From positions 2,460,001 through 2,492,000 of the forward strand of contig NZ_CP013213.1 in NCBI RefSeq assembly GCF_001545095.1: 32,000 nt of DNA, read 5' to 3'. Below, piece after piece: positions 1 to 7,969 of this stretch (positions are counted from its first letter, which is position 1; every line of letters starts with the position of its first letter). The notes below the pieces were generated by a model. That model had not been told where the DNA came from, made no database searches, and saw nothing but the letters and a program-made list of their open reading frames with translations. Both the position numbers and the translations under genes were made by a program. This stretch comes from Erysipelothrix larvae (GTDB lineage: Bacteria > Bacillota_I > Bacilli_A > Erysipelotrichales > Erysipelotrichaceae).

Positions 1-521
1 CCTGTAGGGTTGTTTGGTGTTGTGAACATAACCGCTTTTGTATTCTCATTAATCACTTCATTTAATCGTTTCGGATCTACCATAAAATCTGTGTCGCTTG
101 TATCAACTTCAACAAGCTTTGCACCACACATTTCAATAATTGTACGATAGATTGGATAATACGGCATCGGTACAACAACTTCATCCCCTGGGTTTAAAAT
201 AGAGTTCAAAATACATGCTAAACCTTCTGTCGAACCTTGTGTTATTAAGATATTCTCAGCAGTATAGTGTGTTCCATGTTTTTCGTTTTCATAGTCTGCA
301 ATTGCTTTTCGTATGTGTTCATACCCTTGTGCTGGAGGGTAATGCGTATCGTTATCTAAGAGGGCTTGAATGGCGGCTTTTTTGATTGAATCATCAGTAT
401 TGAAGTTAGGTTCCCCAATTGTAAGTTTTACATACTCTGGTTTTTCTTGAACATAACCTGTCAAATCCTTTACGCCGATTACTGTAGCGCTCTCAATCAA
501 TTTATTCATCGTTTTAGCCAT
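1..521 (-). CDS. Class I/II pyridoxal-phosphate-dependent aminotransferase, N-terminal ~173 codons (3' end runs off the window)
   Basis: Not in the ORF track because no stop lies in the window. My minus-strand translation from ATG 521..519: MAKTMNKLIESATVIGVKDLTGYVQEKPEYVKLTIGEPNFNTDD...ITQGSTEGL...NPGDEVVVPMPYYPIY...TTPNNPTG. GEPNF and NPxNPTG are fold-type I aminotransferase hallmarks. SD AGAGGA sits 8 nt upstream of the ATG. Confidence 0.8.
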   Translation of the reverse strand, partial: MAKTMNKLIESATVIGVKDLTGYVQEKPEYVKLTIGEPNFNTDDSIKKAAIQALLDNDTHYPPAQGYEHIRKAIADYENEKHGTHYTAENILITQGSTEGLACILNSILNPGDEVVVPMPYYPIYRTIIEMCGAKLVEVDTSDTDFMVDPKRLNEVINENTKAVMFTTPNNPT

Positions 522-588
522 TTCAAATGTCCTCTTTTCTATTTTGTTATTATACACCAAAAAGCAGTAAAGCGTTTATAAAATTTGG

Positions 589-672
589 TGTAACACAGGT
601 ATAAAAACCACTTATATCTATAAAAAAATTATTCTCAACGCGTGTCTGTTTTATCTCTTTCACTGTGTTACA
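589..672. repeat. 10-nt inverted repeat pair TGTAACACAG (589-598) / CTGTGTTACA (663-672) bracketing a putative minus-strand promoter for the aminotransferase
   Basis: Exact reverse complements read directly from the sequence. Between them on the minus strand lie TTGAGA (638..633), a 16-nt spacer and TATAAG (616..611). A second hairpin, TACACCAAA (553-561) / TTTGGTGTA (584-592), overlaps the left copy. Confidence 0.45.
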
Positions 673-738
673 TCATAAAATAATCTATGGACACCTTGTA
701 TCAATTTATGAACACCCTACCTAGCATCGTTTCTCATA

Positions 739-1740
739 TTATCGTTTCACTTTAATGCTGTGAATCCGCTCTTCAATCGCAGTAAGAGAAGTACGCGTTA
801 GCATGTATTCAAAATGAATAATCTTCCCGCCATTAAGAATGAATTCATGGTTTCTTTGTTGAAATGCCGGATTGGTATACAATGGTGATTCATTGAAGTT
901 AATAATCGCATTGACCCCATTAAGGCTGTGATTCTTGGGATTGTAATCATGTTCATAATAGGCATAGATATTTTCGAATTTAAAGCCTAAGTTTGTAAGT
1001 GTATCAATGACGAGTTGTTTGAATACGTCTGTACGATATATTACTGTGATTCGTGAATATTTTGGTAAAGAACTCAAAAGCTTTAGAGTCGAGTTTGTTG
1101 GTACAATGTTTGCACGAAGGATTTTGTGATTATGTTCAGGGATTATTTCTACCAGTTGATCATAATCAATGATTGTTGCAATAATTAAATCATATGTCAT
1201 CAATAAATCGCTTGGGTTTTTGCTAATTTGTATGCTATTAAGTGTCATAAAAGACAAGGTAAAAAGATAAAAAGTCTTTTGCGTTAAATACGACAACTCT
1301 GATTCAAGTTTCGATAAGATTAAGTGATTATTTGAAACAATGAGAATATTGATGTTCTCCAGTGACTTTTGGGCACTGATTTTTAGTTTTATAATATTCA
1401 CAATTTCAGTATCTGTAAGCCCCATTTCATATAATTGATCAAAAGCATGATCCATAAGATCCATGGCATGTTTCTTCGTGATATCATTCAGAATTTGTGG
1501 CTGAAAAGACACATAATAGCCATCATTATGTTTCGATTCAACCAAAGACAAATCAACAAGTTGTTGATATGCCTTGCTAATTGTGCCGCGTGCGACACCC
1601 AAAAGAGAAGACAATTGCCTTTCTGATGGCAACTTAACATTATTTTGAATTCGACGTGTAAGGATTGCAGCTTTATAATATGAGACAATCTGTTCGACAA
1701 TACTTAACGGCGAATCTCGGTTAATTTTGAGATTTTCCAT
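739..1740 (-). CDS. GntR-family transcriptional regulator: N-terminal winged HTH plus ~250-aa alpha/beta C-terminal domain that is neither FCD, UTRA nor MocR type
   Basis: N-terminus SIVEQIVSYYKAAILTRRIQNNVKLPSERQLSSLLGVARGTISKAYQQLVDLSLVES is a typical GntR HTH. The C-terminal part shows alternating hydrophobic-strand/helix patterns (INILIVSNN, YDLIIATI, RITVIYRTD, VNAIINFN). SD AAGGGGG lies upstream of ATG 1740. Confidence 0.8.
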   Translation of the reverse strand: MENLKINRDSPLSIVEQIVSYYKAAILTRRIQNNVKLPSERQLSSLLGVARGTISKAYQQLVDLSLVESKHNDGYYVSFQPQILNDITKKHAMDLMDHAFDQLYEMGLTDTEIVNIIKLKISAQKSLENINILIVSNNHLILSKLESELSYLTQKTFYLFTLSFMTLNSIQISKNPSDLLMTYDLIIATIIDYDQLVEIIPEHNHKILRANIVPTNSTLKLLSSLPKYSRITVIYRTDVFKQLVIDTLTNLGFKFENIYAYYEHDYNPKNHSLNGVNAIINFNESPLYTNPAFQQRNHEFILNGGKIIHFEYMLTRTSLTAIEERIHSIKVKR

Positions 1741-1800
1741 AAGCCCCCTTTAGTCCAACGCTTTTTATTTATAGTCCAATTTAAATCTTTCGCAAACACT

Positions 1801-1825
1801 ATTGGTATATTCATTATATACCAAT
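1801..1825. promoter_or_regulatory. Perfect 10-bp inverted repeat ATTGGTATAT-N5-ATATACCAAT; candidate GntR operator overlapping a minus-strand TATAAT
   Basis: Read directly from the sequence. The TGGTATA/TATACCA half-sites fit the generic GntR GT..AC operator logic. The minus-strand TATAAT (1818..1813) lies inside the palindrome, 73 nt upstream of the GntR ATG. An 8-nt direct repeat TAGTCCAA (1751-1758, 1772-1779) lies in the presumed leader. Confidence 0.45.
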
Positions 1826-1857
1826 CCCGCTATTTTTTTTAGTTTTATCGATGCGTA

Positions 1858-1885
1858 TTGCACAATAAAGTTCTAGACATATAAT
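1858..1885 (+). promoter_or_regulatory. Putative sigma-A promoter of the gltS-fhs operon
   Basis: Perfect -10 TATAAT at 1880-1885. A weak -35 TTGCAC at 1858-1863, with a 16-nt spacer. Confidence 0.4.
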
Positions 1886-1922
1886 AAAGCTATAAACACA
1901 GGGGGACACCGTTAGTTATAAA

Positions 1923-1936
1923 TGACACATATGTCA
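1923..1936. promoter_or_regulatory. Operator-like inverted repeat TGACA-N4-TGTCA (copy 1)
   Basis: tgacacatatgtca read directly. Lies in the leader between the putative -10 and gltS. Confidence 0.4.
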
Positions 1937-1971
1937 CGTGTTCTTTTGTGAGCAGTCAAAAGAAAGGAGAA

Positions 1972-1987
1972 GTGACATATTTGTCAC
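1972..1987. promoter_or_regulatory. Operator-like inverted repeat GTGACA-N4-TGTCAC (copy 2)
   Basis: gtgacatatttgtcac read directly. Its centre is 50 bp from the centre of copy 1. It sits between the SD-like AAAGGAGA (1963-1970) and the gltS ATG (1999). Confidence 0.4.
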
Positions 1988-1998
1988 GCGTATGATTC

Positions 1999-3237
1999 AT
2001 GAAATTTGAAACAATTGACGGGCTCTTAACAATCCAATTGGGTCTAGTTGAAACAACGATGTTAGCCGGAGCGCTCCTTATGTTGGGATATGCTTTACGT
2101 CATAAGATTCATTTTTTGGAGAAATTCTGTATTCCTGCACCTGTAATTGGAGGTCTGATTTTTGCCTTAGTTGCATGGGGACTTCGAAGTTTTAATATAA
2201 TAGCCTTTAGCTTGGACACGACACTTCAGACACCCTTCATGATTGCCTTCTTTGCATGTGTAGGGTTTAGTGGTAGTTTCGCCTTGCTCAAGCGGGGAGG
2301 AAAAGCACTCATTATTTTCTTATTCATCTGTTTTGGAATGGCAATTGTTCAAAATATTGTGGGAGTATCCCTCGCGAAACTGATGAATATTAATCCATTG
2401 CTTGGCGTAATGGCTGGAGCTGTATCCTTAACAGGAGGGCATGGTAACGCAGCAGCATTTGGTCCTTCAGCAGAGAGCTTAGGCGCTGTGGGTGCTGAGG
2501 CAGTTGCAGTTGCTGCAGCAACCTATGGCTTAATTGCAGGATCATTAAGTGGGGGTCCAATTGGGCGATATTTAATTGATCGCTACAAACCACCAATCAA
2601 AACCAGTGATGATGCTTTGTTTACTGAAGAAAACACGAATACAAAGGCAGAAAAGCAAATGATTGATGCGTTTACTCTAATGAAATATATGACCTTTGTC
2701 GGTGTCTTTATGGTTATTGGAAATCTCGCAGTAAATTGGGTTGCGAGTTTAAATATCAAAAACTTTGCACTGCCAGCTTATGTTGGTGCGATGTTTGCTG
2801 CGATAATCTTCAGGAATCTAAATGATACTTTTAAGCTTATGGACTTTCGGGAAGATGCCATTGATCTCATCAAAGAAGTTGGCCTTGGATTCTTCCTAAC
2901 TATGGCAATTATGACCTTACGTATTTGGGATCTTGCATCGCTTGCTGGCCCCCTTATCATTATCTTGCTGGTTCAAACAGTCGTTGTATTATTTGTGATA
3001 CGGTTTATTGTTTGGCCTGCGATGGGTAAAGACTACGATGCAGCTGTCATTGCTGCTGGTTTCTCTGGTGTCGGTTTAGGTGTTACCGCAACGGGTGTTG
3101 CAAGTATGAGTTCTGTTACAGAACACTTTAATCAACCATCACCAAAAGCTTTAATCATTGTACCATTGTGTAATGCAGTGTTTATCGACATTGTCGCCAT
3201 TCCTGCAATCCTTTGGTTCTTACAAACATTTGCATAA
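1999..3237 (+). CDS. gltS: Sodium/glutamate symporter GltS family
   Basis: 412-aa polytopic membrane protein. By recall it is co-linear with E. coli GltS: FLEKFCIPAPVIGGL, GVMAGAVSLTGGHGNAAAFG, GKDYDAAVIAAGFSGVGLGVTATGVASM, VPLCNAVFIDIV. Confidence 0.85.
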   Translation: MKFETIDGLLTIQLGLVETTMLAGALLMLGYALRHKIHFLEKFCIPAPVIGGLIFALVAWGLRSFNIIAFSLDTTLQTPFMIAFFACVGFSGSFALLKRGGKALIIFLFICFGMAIVQNIVGVSLAKLMNINPLLGVMAGAVSLTGGHGNAAAFGPSAESLGAVGAEAVAVAAATYGLIAGSLSGGPIGRYLIDRYKPPIKTSDDALFTEENTNTKAEKQMIDAFTLMKYMTFVGVFMVIGNLAVNWVASLNIKNFALPAYVGAMFAAIIFRNLNDTFKLMDFREDAIDLIKEVGLGFFLTMAIMTLRIWDLASLAGPLIIILLVQTVVVLFVIRFIVWPAMGKDYDAAVIAAGFSGVGLGVTATGVASMSSVTEHFNQPSPKALIIVPLCNAVFIDIVAIPAILWFLQTFA

Positions 3238-3264
3238 ATTATTAAAATATAAAAGGAGAAAATT

Positions 3265-4161
3265 ATGTCAAAATTAATCGAATGCATTCCTAACTTTAGT
3301 GAAGGACGCGATCAAACAATTATCAATGCGCTTGTTGATACCGCAACAAGTATCAAAGGCGTTACCTTACTGGATCACTCATCTGATGAAAGTCACAATC
3401 GCAGTGTATTCACACTTGTGGGAACACCTGAGGGTATTGAGGAAGCAGCTTTTGAATTGTGCAAGAAAGCATCTGAACTTATTGATATGAGAAAACACAC
3501 GGGTGAACACCCACGTATGGGAGCGACTGACGTCATCCCCTTTGTTCCAGTAAAAAACGCAACCGCAAAGGACTGTGTTGAAATCTCGATTAATGTCGCA
3601 AAACGCATCTCAGAGTCATTAGGAATTCCTACATTCCTCTATGAAGATTCCGCAACACGTCCTGAACGTAAGAATCTTGCGAAAGTACGTAAGGGCCAAT
3701 TTGAAGGAATGCCTGAGAAGTTGCTTGAAGAAGATTGGGCACCAGACTTTGGTGAACGAAAGATTCATGAAACAGCGGGTGTCACAGCCGTTGGAGGTAG
3801 AATGCCACTGGTAGCATTCAATGTGAACTTGAACACCAGCGACATCAATATTGCGAATAAGATTGCGAAGAAAATACGTGGATCAAGTGGTGGTTACACA
3901 TACATTAAAGGAATCGGCGTGATGCTTGAAGATCGTAACATAGCACAAGTATCCATGAATCTTGTGAACTACGAAAAAAATGCAATGTATGTTGCCTTTG
4001 AAACAATTAAGTTTGAAGCGAAACGCTATGGTGTCGAAATCCTTGGTAGTGAAGTTATTGGATTAACACCGATGAAAGCATTAATTGACTGTGCAGAATA
4101 TTATCTTCAAATTGAAGACTTTGATTATGCAAAACAAGTCTTAGAAAACCACATATTATAA
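3265..4161 (+). CDS. ftcD: Glutamate formimidoyltransferase
   Basis: N-terminus MSKLIECIPNFSEGRD is the family hallmark; also HPRMGATDVIPFVP. 298 aa. SD AAGGAG. Confidence 0.9.
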   Translation: MSKLIECIPNFSEGRDQTIINALVDTATSIKGVTLLDHSSDESHNRSVFTLVGTPEGIEEAAFELCKKASELIDMRKHTGEHPRMGATDVIPFVPVKNATAKDCVEISINVAKRISESLGIPTFLYEDSATRPERKNLAKVRKGQFEGMPEKLLEEDWAPDFGERKIHETAGVTAVGGRMPLVAFNVNLNTSDINIANKIAKKIRGSSGGYTYIKGIGVMLEDRNIAQVSMNLVNYEKNAMYVAFETIKFEAKRYGVEILGSEVIGLTPMKALIDCAEYYLQIEDFDYAKQVLENHIL

Positions 4162-4175
4162 AGGAGCTATACACA

Positions 4176-4802
4176 ATGAAACTTGTTGATTTAACCCTAA
4201 AAGACTTTACGTCTGAACTTGCTTCCAGTTCGCCTGCACCAGGCGGCGGTAGTGCTGCAGCTTTATCTGGATCAATAGGTGTATCCTTAGTGAGTATGGT
4301 CGGAACTTTGACTTTAGGTTCTAAGAAATATGCTCAACACCATGACGCTACACAAGGACTGATAGACCAAGCAGATGCATCCCGTTTGGAGTTTCTACGG
4401 ATTGTTGATGCAGATACAGAATCCTTTAATATCGTAAGTGATGCCTTTAAATTACCTAAAGAAACACCTGAAGATAAAGCAGCGCGTTCTGTTGCAATCC
4501 AAGCAGGTTTGAAGCAATGCACATTAACCCCTTATCAAATCCTTGAACAAGCGCTTGTTGGGATGAAACTGATTGAAGCCATGCTCGAAGGATTTAATAC
4601 GAGTGCATCGAGTGACTTAGGTGTTGCTGCGCTTCACCTTCACACTGCAGCATATGGAGGGTGGTATAATATTTTAATCAACTTGTCATCCATTAAAGAT
4701 CAAGCGTTTGTGGATGACTATACGACGAAAGGAACATACCTTCTAGAAACCATTGATACGCTACATCAACAGATTCTGGATAAAGTTGCTTCTTATTTAT
4801 AA
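4176..4802 (+). CDS. fchA: Formiminotetrahydrofolate cyclodeaminase / methenyl-THF cyclohydrolase family protein
   Basis: SSPAPGGGSAAALSGSIGVSLVSMV motif. 208 aa. SD AAGGAG. The stop overlaps the next start (TAATG at 4800-4804). Confidence 0.8.
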   Translation: MKLVDLTLKDFTSELASSSPAPGGGSAAALSGSIGVSLVSMVGTLTLGSKKYAQHHDATQGLIDQADASRLEFLRIVDADTESFNIVSDAFKLPKETPEDKAARSVAIQAGLKQCTLTPYQILEQALVGMKLIEAMLEGFNTSASSDLGVAALHLHTAAYGGWYNILINLSSIKDQAFVDDYTTKGTYLLETIDTLHQQILDKVASYL

Positions 4803-5350
4803 TGGATATCATTTCAATTGACACACTGCAAACTACATCATGGTCTGGTGGGATTACACATCAGATAGCGATTTATCCAAGTGACGCAGTATTCGCTCAT
4901 CATGATTTTATTTACAGAGTTTCAAGTGCAGAGGTAGAGTTGGACGAATCCAACTTTACCTCCTTTAAAAAGTACACACGATACATCATTTCACTCAATA
5001 ACCCACTAAAGATTTCCCATAATAAGGGTGGCCACATTGAATTAGATCCGCTTCAGGTACATCGTTTTAGCGGAGATGTTGAAACAACCGCTTATGGGAA
5101 ATGTAGCGACTTTAACTTGATTATACAAAATGGCCTCCTTGGATCAATTGGTGTATTACGCCATGACCTTCAAGAAATACCATCGGGGCATACGATTATC
5201 TATGCGTATGATGAGCGGGTTTATTTAGAAGTAAATGGTGAAAGTCGAATCATCGAAAAGCATAAAGCACTCCTCATTCGAAGTAAAGAACCAATTAAAG
5301 TGGGATTCCTTAGTTCTCGTGCTGTATATGCAAACATTCAAATTAATTAA
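4802..5350 (+). CDS. hutD: HutD/Ves family protein
   Basis: 182 aa. The pattern SWSGGITHQIAIYP ... FIYRVSSAEV ... FTSF ... SDFNLI parallels E. coli Ves / Pseudomonas HutD by recall. Translationally coupled to fchA. Confidence 0.7.
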   Translation: MDIISIDTLQTTSWSGGITHQIAIYPSDAVFAHHDFIYRVSSAEVELDESNFTSFKKYTRYIISLNNPLKISHNKGGHIELDPLQVHRFSGDVETTAYGKCSDFNLIIQNGLLGSIGVLRHDLQEIPSGHTIIYAYDERVYLEVNGESRIIEKHKALLIRSKEPIKVGFLSSRAVYANIQIN

Positions 5351-5424
5351 ATTAACGAAAAAGAAAGGGATATGGTGATGAGTCAAATTCTGATCAACAT
5401 CATCATACTAGGAGTTTTAAGTTT

Positions 5425-7095
5425 ATGTCGTATCTCAGTGATATAGAAATCGTTCAACAAGCACATCTTAAACCAATAGTTGAGGTTGCCATGAAGTTGA
5501 ATGTAGAAGAATCCTTGTATTATTATGGGAAGTATAAAGCAAAACTGAACATCCATCATCTCGAAGATAAGGAACCTTCAGGAAAACTCGTCTTGGTTAC
5601 TGCGATTAATCCAACACCTGCAGGCGAGGGGAAAACCACAACCTCAATTGGCCTTGGTGATGCACTTAATCGACTGGGTAAGAAAACAATTATTGCCTTA
5701 AGAGAACCTTCTTTAGGTCCCGTATTTGGTGTGAAGGGCGGTGCCGCAGGAGGCGGGTATGCACAAGTTGTTCCAATGGAAGATATCAACCTGCATTTCA
5801 CGGGCGATTTTCATGCAATCGGTGCTGCAAATAATTTGCTCGCAGCTTTAATCGATAATCACATCTATCAAGGAAACGCACTTAACATTGATCCTCGTAG
5901 AGTCACATGGCGCCGTGTTGTTGATATGAACGATCGTCAACTTCGAAATATTGTGGATGGGTTAGGTGGTAAAACAAATGGCGAACCACGAGAAGATGGG
6001 TTTGACATTACCGTTGCCTCTGAAGTGATGGCTGTCCTTTGTCTTGCGAAAAATATTACAGACTTAAAAGAACGATTGGGTCGTATGGTTGTGGGTTATA
6101 ATCGAAATGATGAACCGATTACTGCAAAAGACTTAAACGCACAGGGTGCTATGGCAGCCTTACTCAAAGAAGCAATCAAACCAAACCTTGTTCAGACACT
6201 CGAAGGAAATGCAGCCTTAATTCATGGAGGGCCTTTCGCAAACATAGCGCATGGATGTAATTCATTGATTGCAACTCAAACTGCACTTAAACTTGCGGAT
6301 TATGTCATCACAGAAGCTGGATTTGGCGCAGACTTAGGTGCGGAAAAGTTTATTGATATTAAGTGTCGCAGTCTTAATAAATCGCCAGATGCAGTTGTAC
6401 TTGTTGCTACTGTACGCGCCTTAAAAATGCATGGGGGACAAAAGAAGGCTGATCTTGAAACAAAGAATCTTGACGCATTAGAAAAGGGAATTCCAAATCT
6501 ATTACGTCACATTGAAAGCATAACTCAATGCTTTGGACTCCCAGTTGTTGTTGCGATTAATAAATTCCCAACAGATCATGAAGCGGAACTTCAACTTATT
6601 CGTGATAAATGTCGTTTGCACAATGTCAATGTTGCACTTTCTGATGTATGGGCAAAGGGTGGAAAAGGGGGAGAAGCACTTGCAAAAGAAGTGATTAATC
6701 TTGTTGAACACGGTGTTCCTCATTTCAATTACGCTTATGAATTAGAAGATTCAATCGAGACTAAAATTGAAAAGATTGTTACTAGAATATATGGCGGCTC
6801 TTCTGTTAGCTATACCGCGAAGGCTCGAAAAACCATCAAGAAACTTACGGAACTTGGCTATCATACCTTGCCAATCTGTATGGCAAAGACACAGTATTCA
6901 CTCTCTGATGATGCAAAACGCATTGGTCGCCCTGAAGGCTTTGATATCACAATTCGTGATGTAAAGGTATCGGCAGGCGCTGGCTTTATTGTGGTCTTAA
7001 CTGGAGAAATCATGACCATGCCTGGACTTCCTAAAGTACCATCAGCAAACAGTATTGATATTGATGAAGATGGTAAAATAAGTGGACTCTTCTAG
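5425..7095 (+). CDS. fhs: Formate-tetrahydrofolate ligase
   Basis: 556 aa with [15 protein letters not shown]-loop region, [22 protein letters not shown] and [21 protein letters not shown] lies 9 nt upstream. Confidence 0.95.
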   Translation: MSYLSDIEIVQQAHLKPIVEVAMKLNVEESLYYYGKYKAKLNIHHLEDKEPSGKLVLVTAINPTPAGEGKTTTSIGLGDALNRLGKKTIIALREPSLGPVFGVKGGAAGGGYAQVVPMEDINLHFTGDFHAIGAANNLLAALIDNHIYQGNALNIDPRRVTWRRVVDMNDRQLRNIVDGLGGKTNGEPREDGFDITVASEVMAVLCLAKNITDLKERLGRMVVGYNRNDEPITAKDLNAQGAMAALLKEAIKPNLVQTLEGNAALIHGGPFANIAHGCNSLIATQTALKLADYVITEAGFGADLGAEKFIDIKCRSLNKSPDAVVLVATVRALKMHGGQKKADLETKNLDALEKGIPNLLRHIESITQCFGLPVVVAINKFPTDHEAELQLIRDKCRLHNVNVALSDVWAKGGKGGEALAKEVINLVEHGVPHFNYAYELEDSIETKIEKIVTRIYGGSSVSYTAKARKTIKKLTELGYHTLPICMAKTQYSLSDDAKRIGRPEGFDITIRDVKVSAGAGFIVVLTGEIMTMPGLPKVPSANSIDIDEDGKISGLF

Positions 7096-7104
7096 TTATA
7101 CCTT

Positions 7105-7137
7105 AAAAAACGCAAGCACTTTACACTTGCGTTTTTT
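7105..7137. terminator. Bidirectional rho-independent terminator shared by convergent fhs and the AraC-family gene
   Basis: AAAAAACGCAAG-loop-CTTGCGTTTTTT. An A-run lies on one side and a T-run on the other. The AraC-family stop codon (7121-7123) lies inside the loop. Confidence 0.6.
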
Positions 7138-7969
7138 CTATATCCAACCCCTCATTTTCTATTGGAATCCATAGCTCAGCATAGGAGTTCTTTCCATTGA
7201 AACAATAATACTCAAGGTCGTATTGAAAACGTCTTTTATAGTGTGTTTCTTGAAGCCACACCGAGTAAATTGCATCCCAGGTTTTTTGCACGTTCTCAAC
7301 GATCGGATTCACCACCTTAAAAACTGCATAATATGATGCTTCAAGATGAAGTCCGGGTTTATTAGGATCCATAATCTCTAGATTCCCAATGATATAGGTA
7401 AAATCATGAGTTTCACTTAACATACAGACACCCACAGCATTACACATTGGTTCGTGGTTGGTTTTGAGGTACTCACTCCATAGCTTTGGAATGACTTGAT
7501 AACTCTTCGTCTCAATATGAACCGGGGATCCTTCAACTGTGAGCGCAGGTATAAATTCAATTGTTGGAAACAAACCATCAGCGTGAATCAAATAGCGGTT
7601 AATCACATTCTCTAAACTTAAAGGGGCTCTGAGTTCATAAAAGTTTTGATTCTTTCGCATCATCGAAGGACTCTCACCATAAAGTTTTTCAAAAGCTCGG
7701 CTAAATGCTTCTCGTGAACTATAACCATAGTGTATTGCGATGTCGATAATGGGGCTTGAATTACTGATTAGGTCCCTTGCAGCCTCAGTCATGATACGCT
7801 TTCGAATGTAATCTCTAAGAGAATCTCCAACACAATAACGAAAAATACGATGAAAGTGATAAAGAGAGTATCCTGCGTTTGAGGCAATTGCATTTAAATC
7901 AATGCTCTCATTTAAGTTCGCTTCAATCGTATCTAAAGCGTGTTTTATTGTGTTAATAAGATCATTCAT
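7121..7969 (-). CDS. AraC-family transcriptional regulator with C-terminal GyrI-like small-molecule-binding domain
   Basis: The N-terminal ~105 aa form a double HTH (LNAIASNAGYSLYHFHRIFRY..., IAIHYGYSSREAFSRAFEKLYGESP). The C-terminal ~160 aa have a Rob/GyrI-like beta-rich pattern. The start overlaps the upstream stop (ATGA at 7966-7969). Confidence 0.85.
   Translation of the reverse strand: MNDLINTIKHALDTIEANLNESIDLNAIASNAGYSLYHFHRIFRYCVGDSLRDYIRKRIMTEAARDLISNSSPIIDIAIHYGYSSREAFSRAFEKLYGESPSMMRKNQNFYELRAPLSLENVINRYLIHADGLFPTIEFIPALTVEGSPVHIETKSYQVIPKLWSEYLKTNHEPMCNAVGVCMLSETHDFTYIIGNLEIMDPNKPGLHLEASYYAVFKVVNPIVENVQKTWDAIYSVWLQETHYKRRFQYDLEYYCFNGKNSYAELWIPIENEGLDIEKTQV

Noticed and set aside
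1892-1998. Known riboswitch, T-box or HutP-type antiterminator in the gltS leader
   Set aside because: There are no UAG-repeat HutP sites, no T-box specifier/T-box sequence, and no terminator hairpin with a T-run before the ATG. The palindromes read better as operators or as short local hairpins.
5372-5446. 24-codon hydrophobic ORF ([24 protein letters not shown]) overlapping the fhs start, considered as a leader peptide
   Set aside because: The SD-like AAAGGGA lies only about 1 nt from its ATG. fhs has its own well-spaced AGGAG. There is no terminator/antiterminator alternative structure, so this is probably chance.
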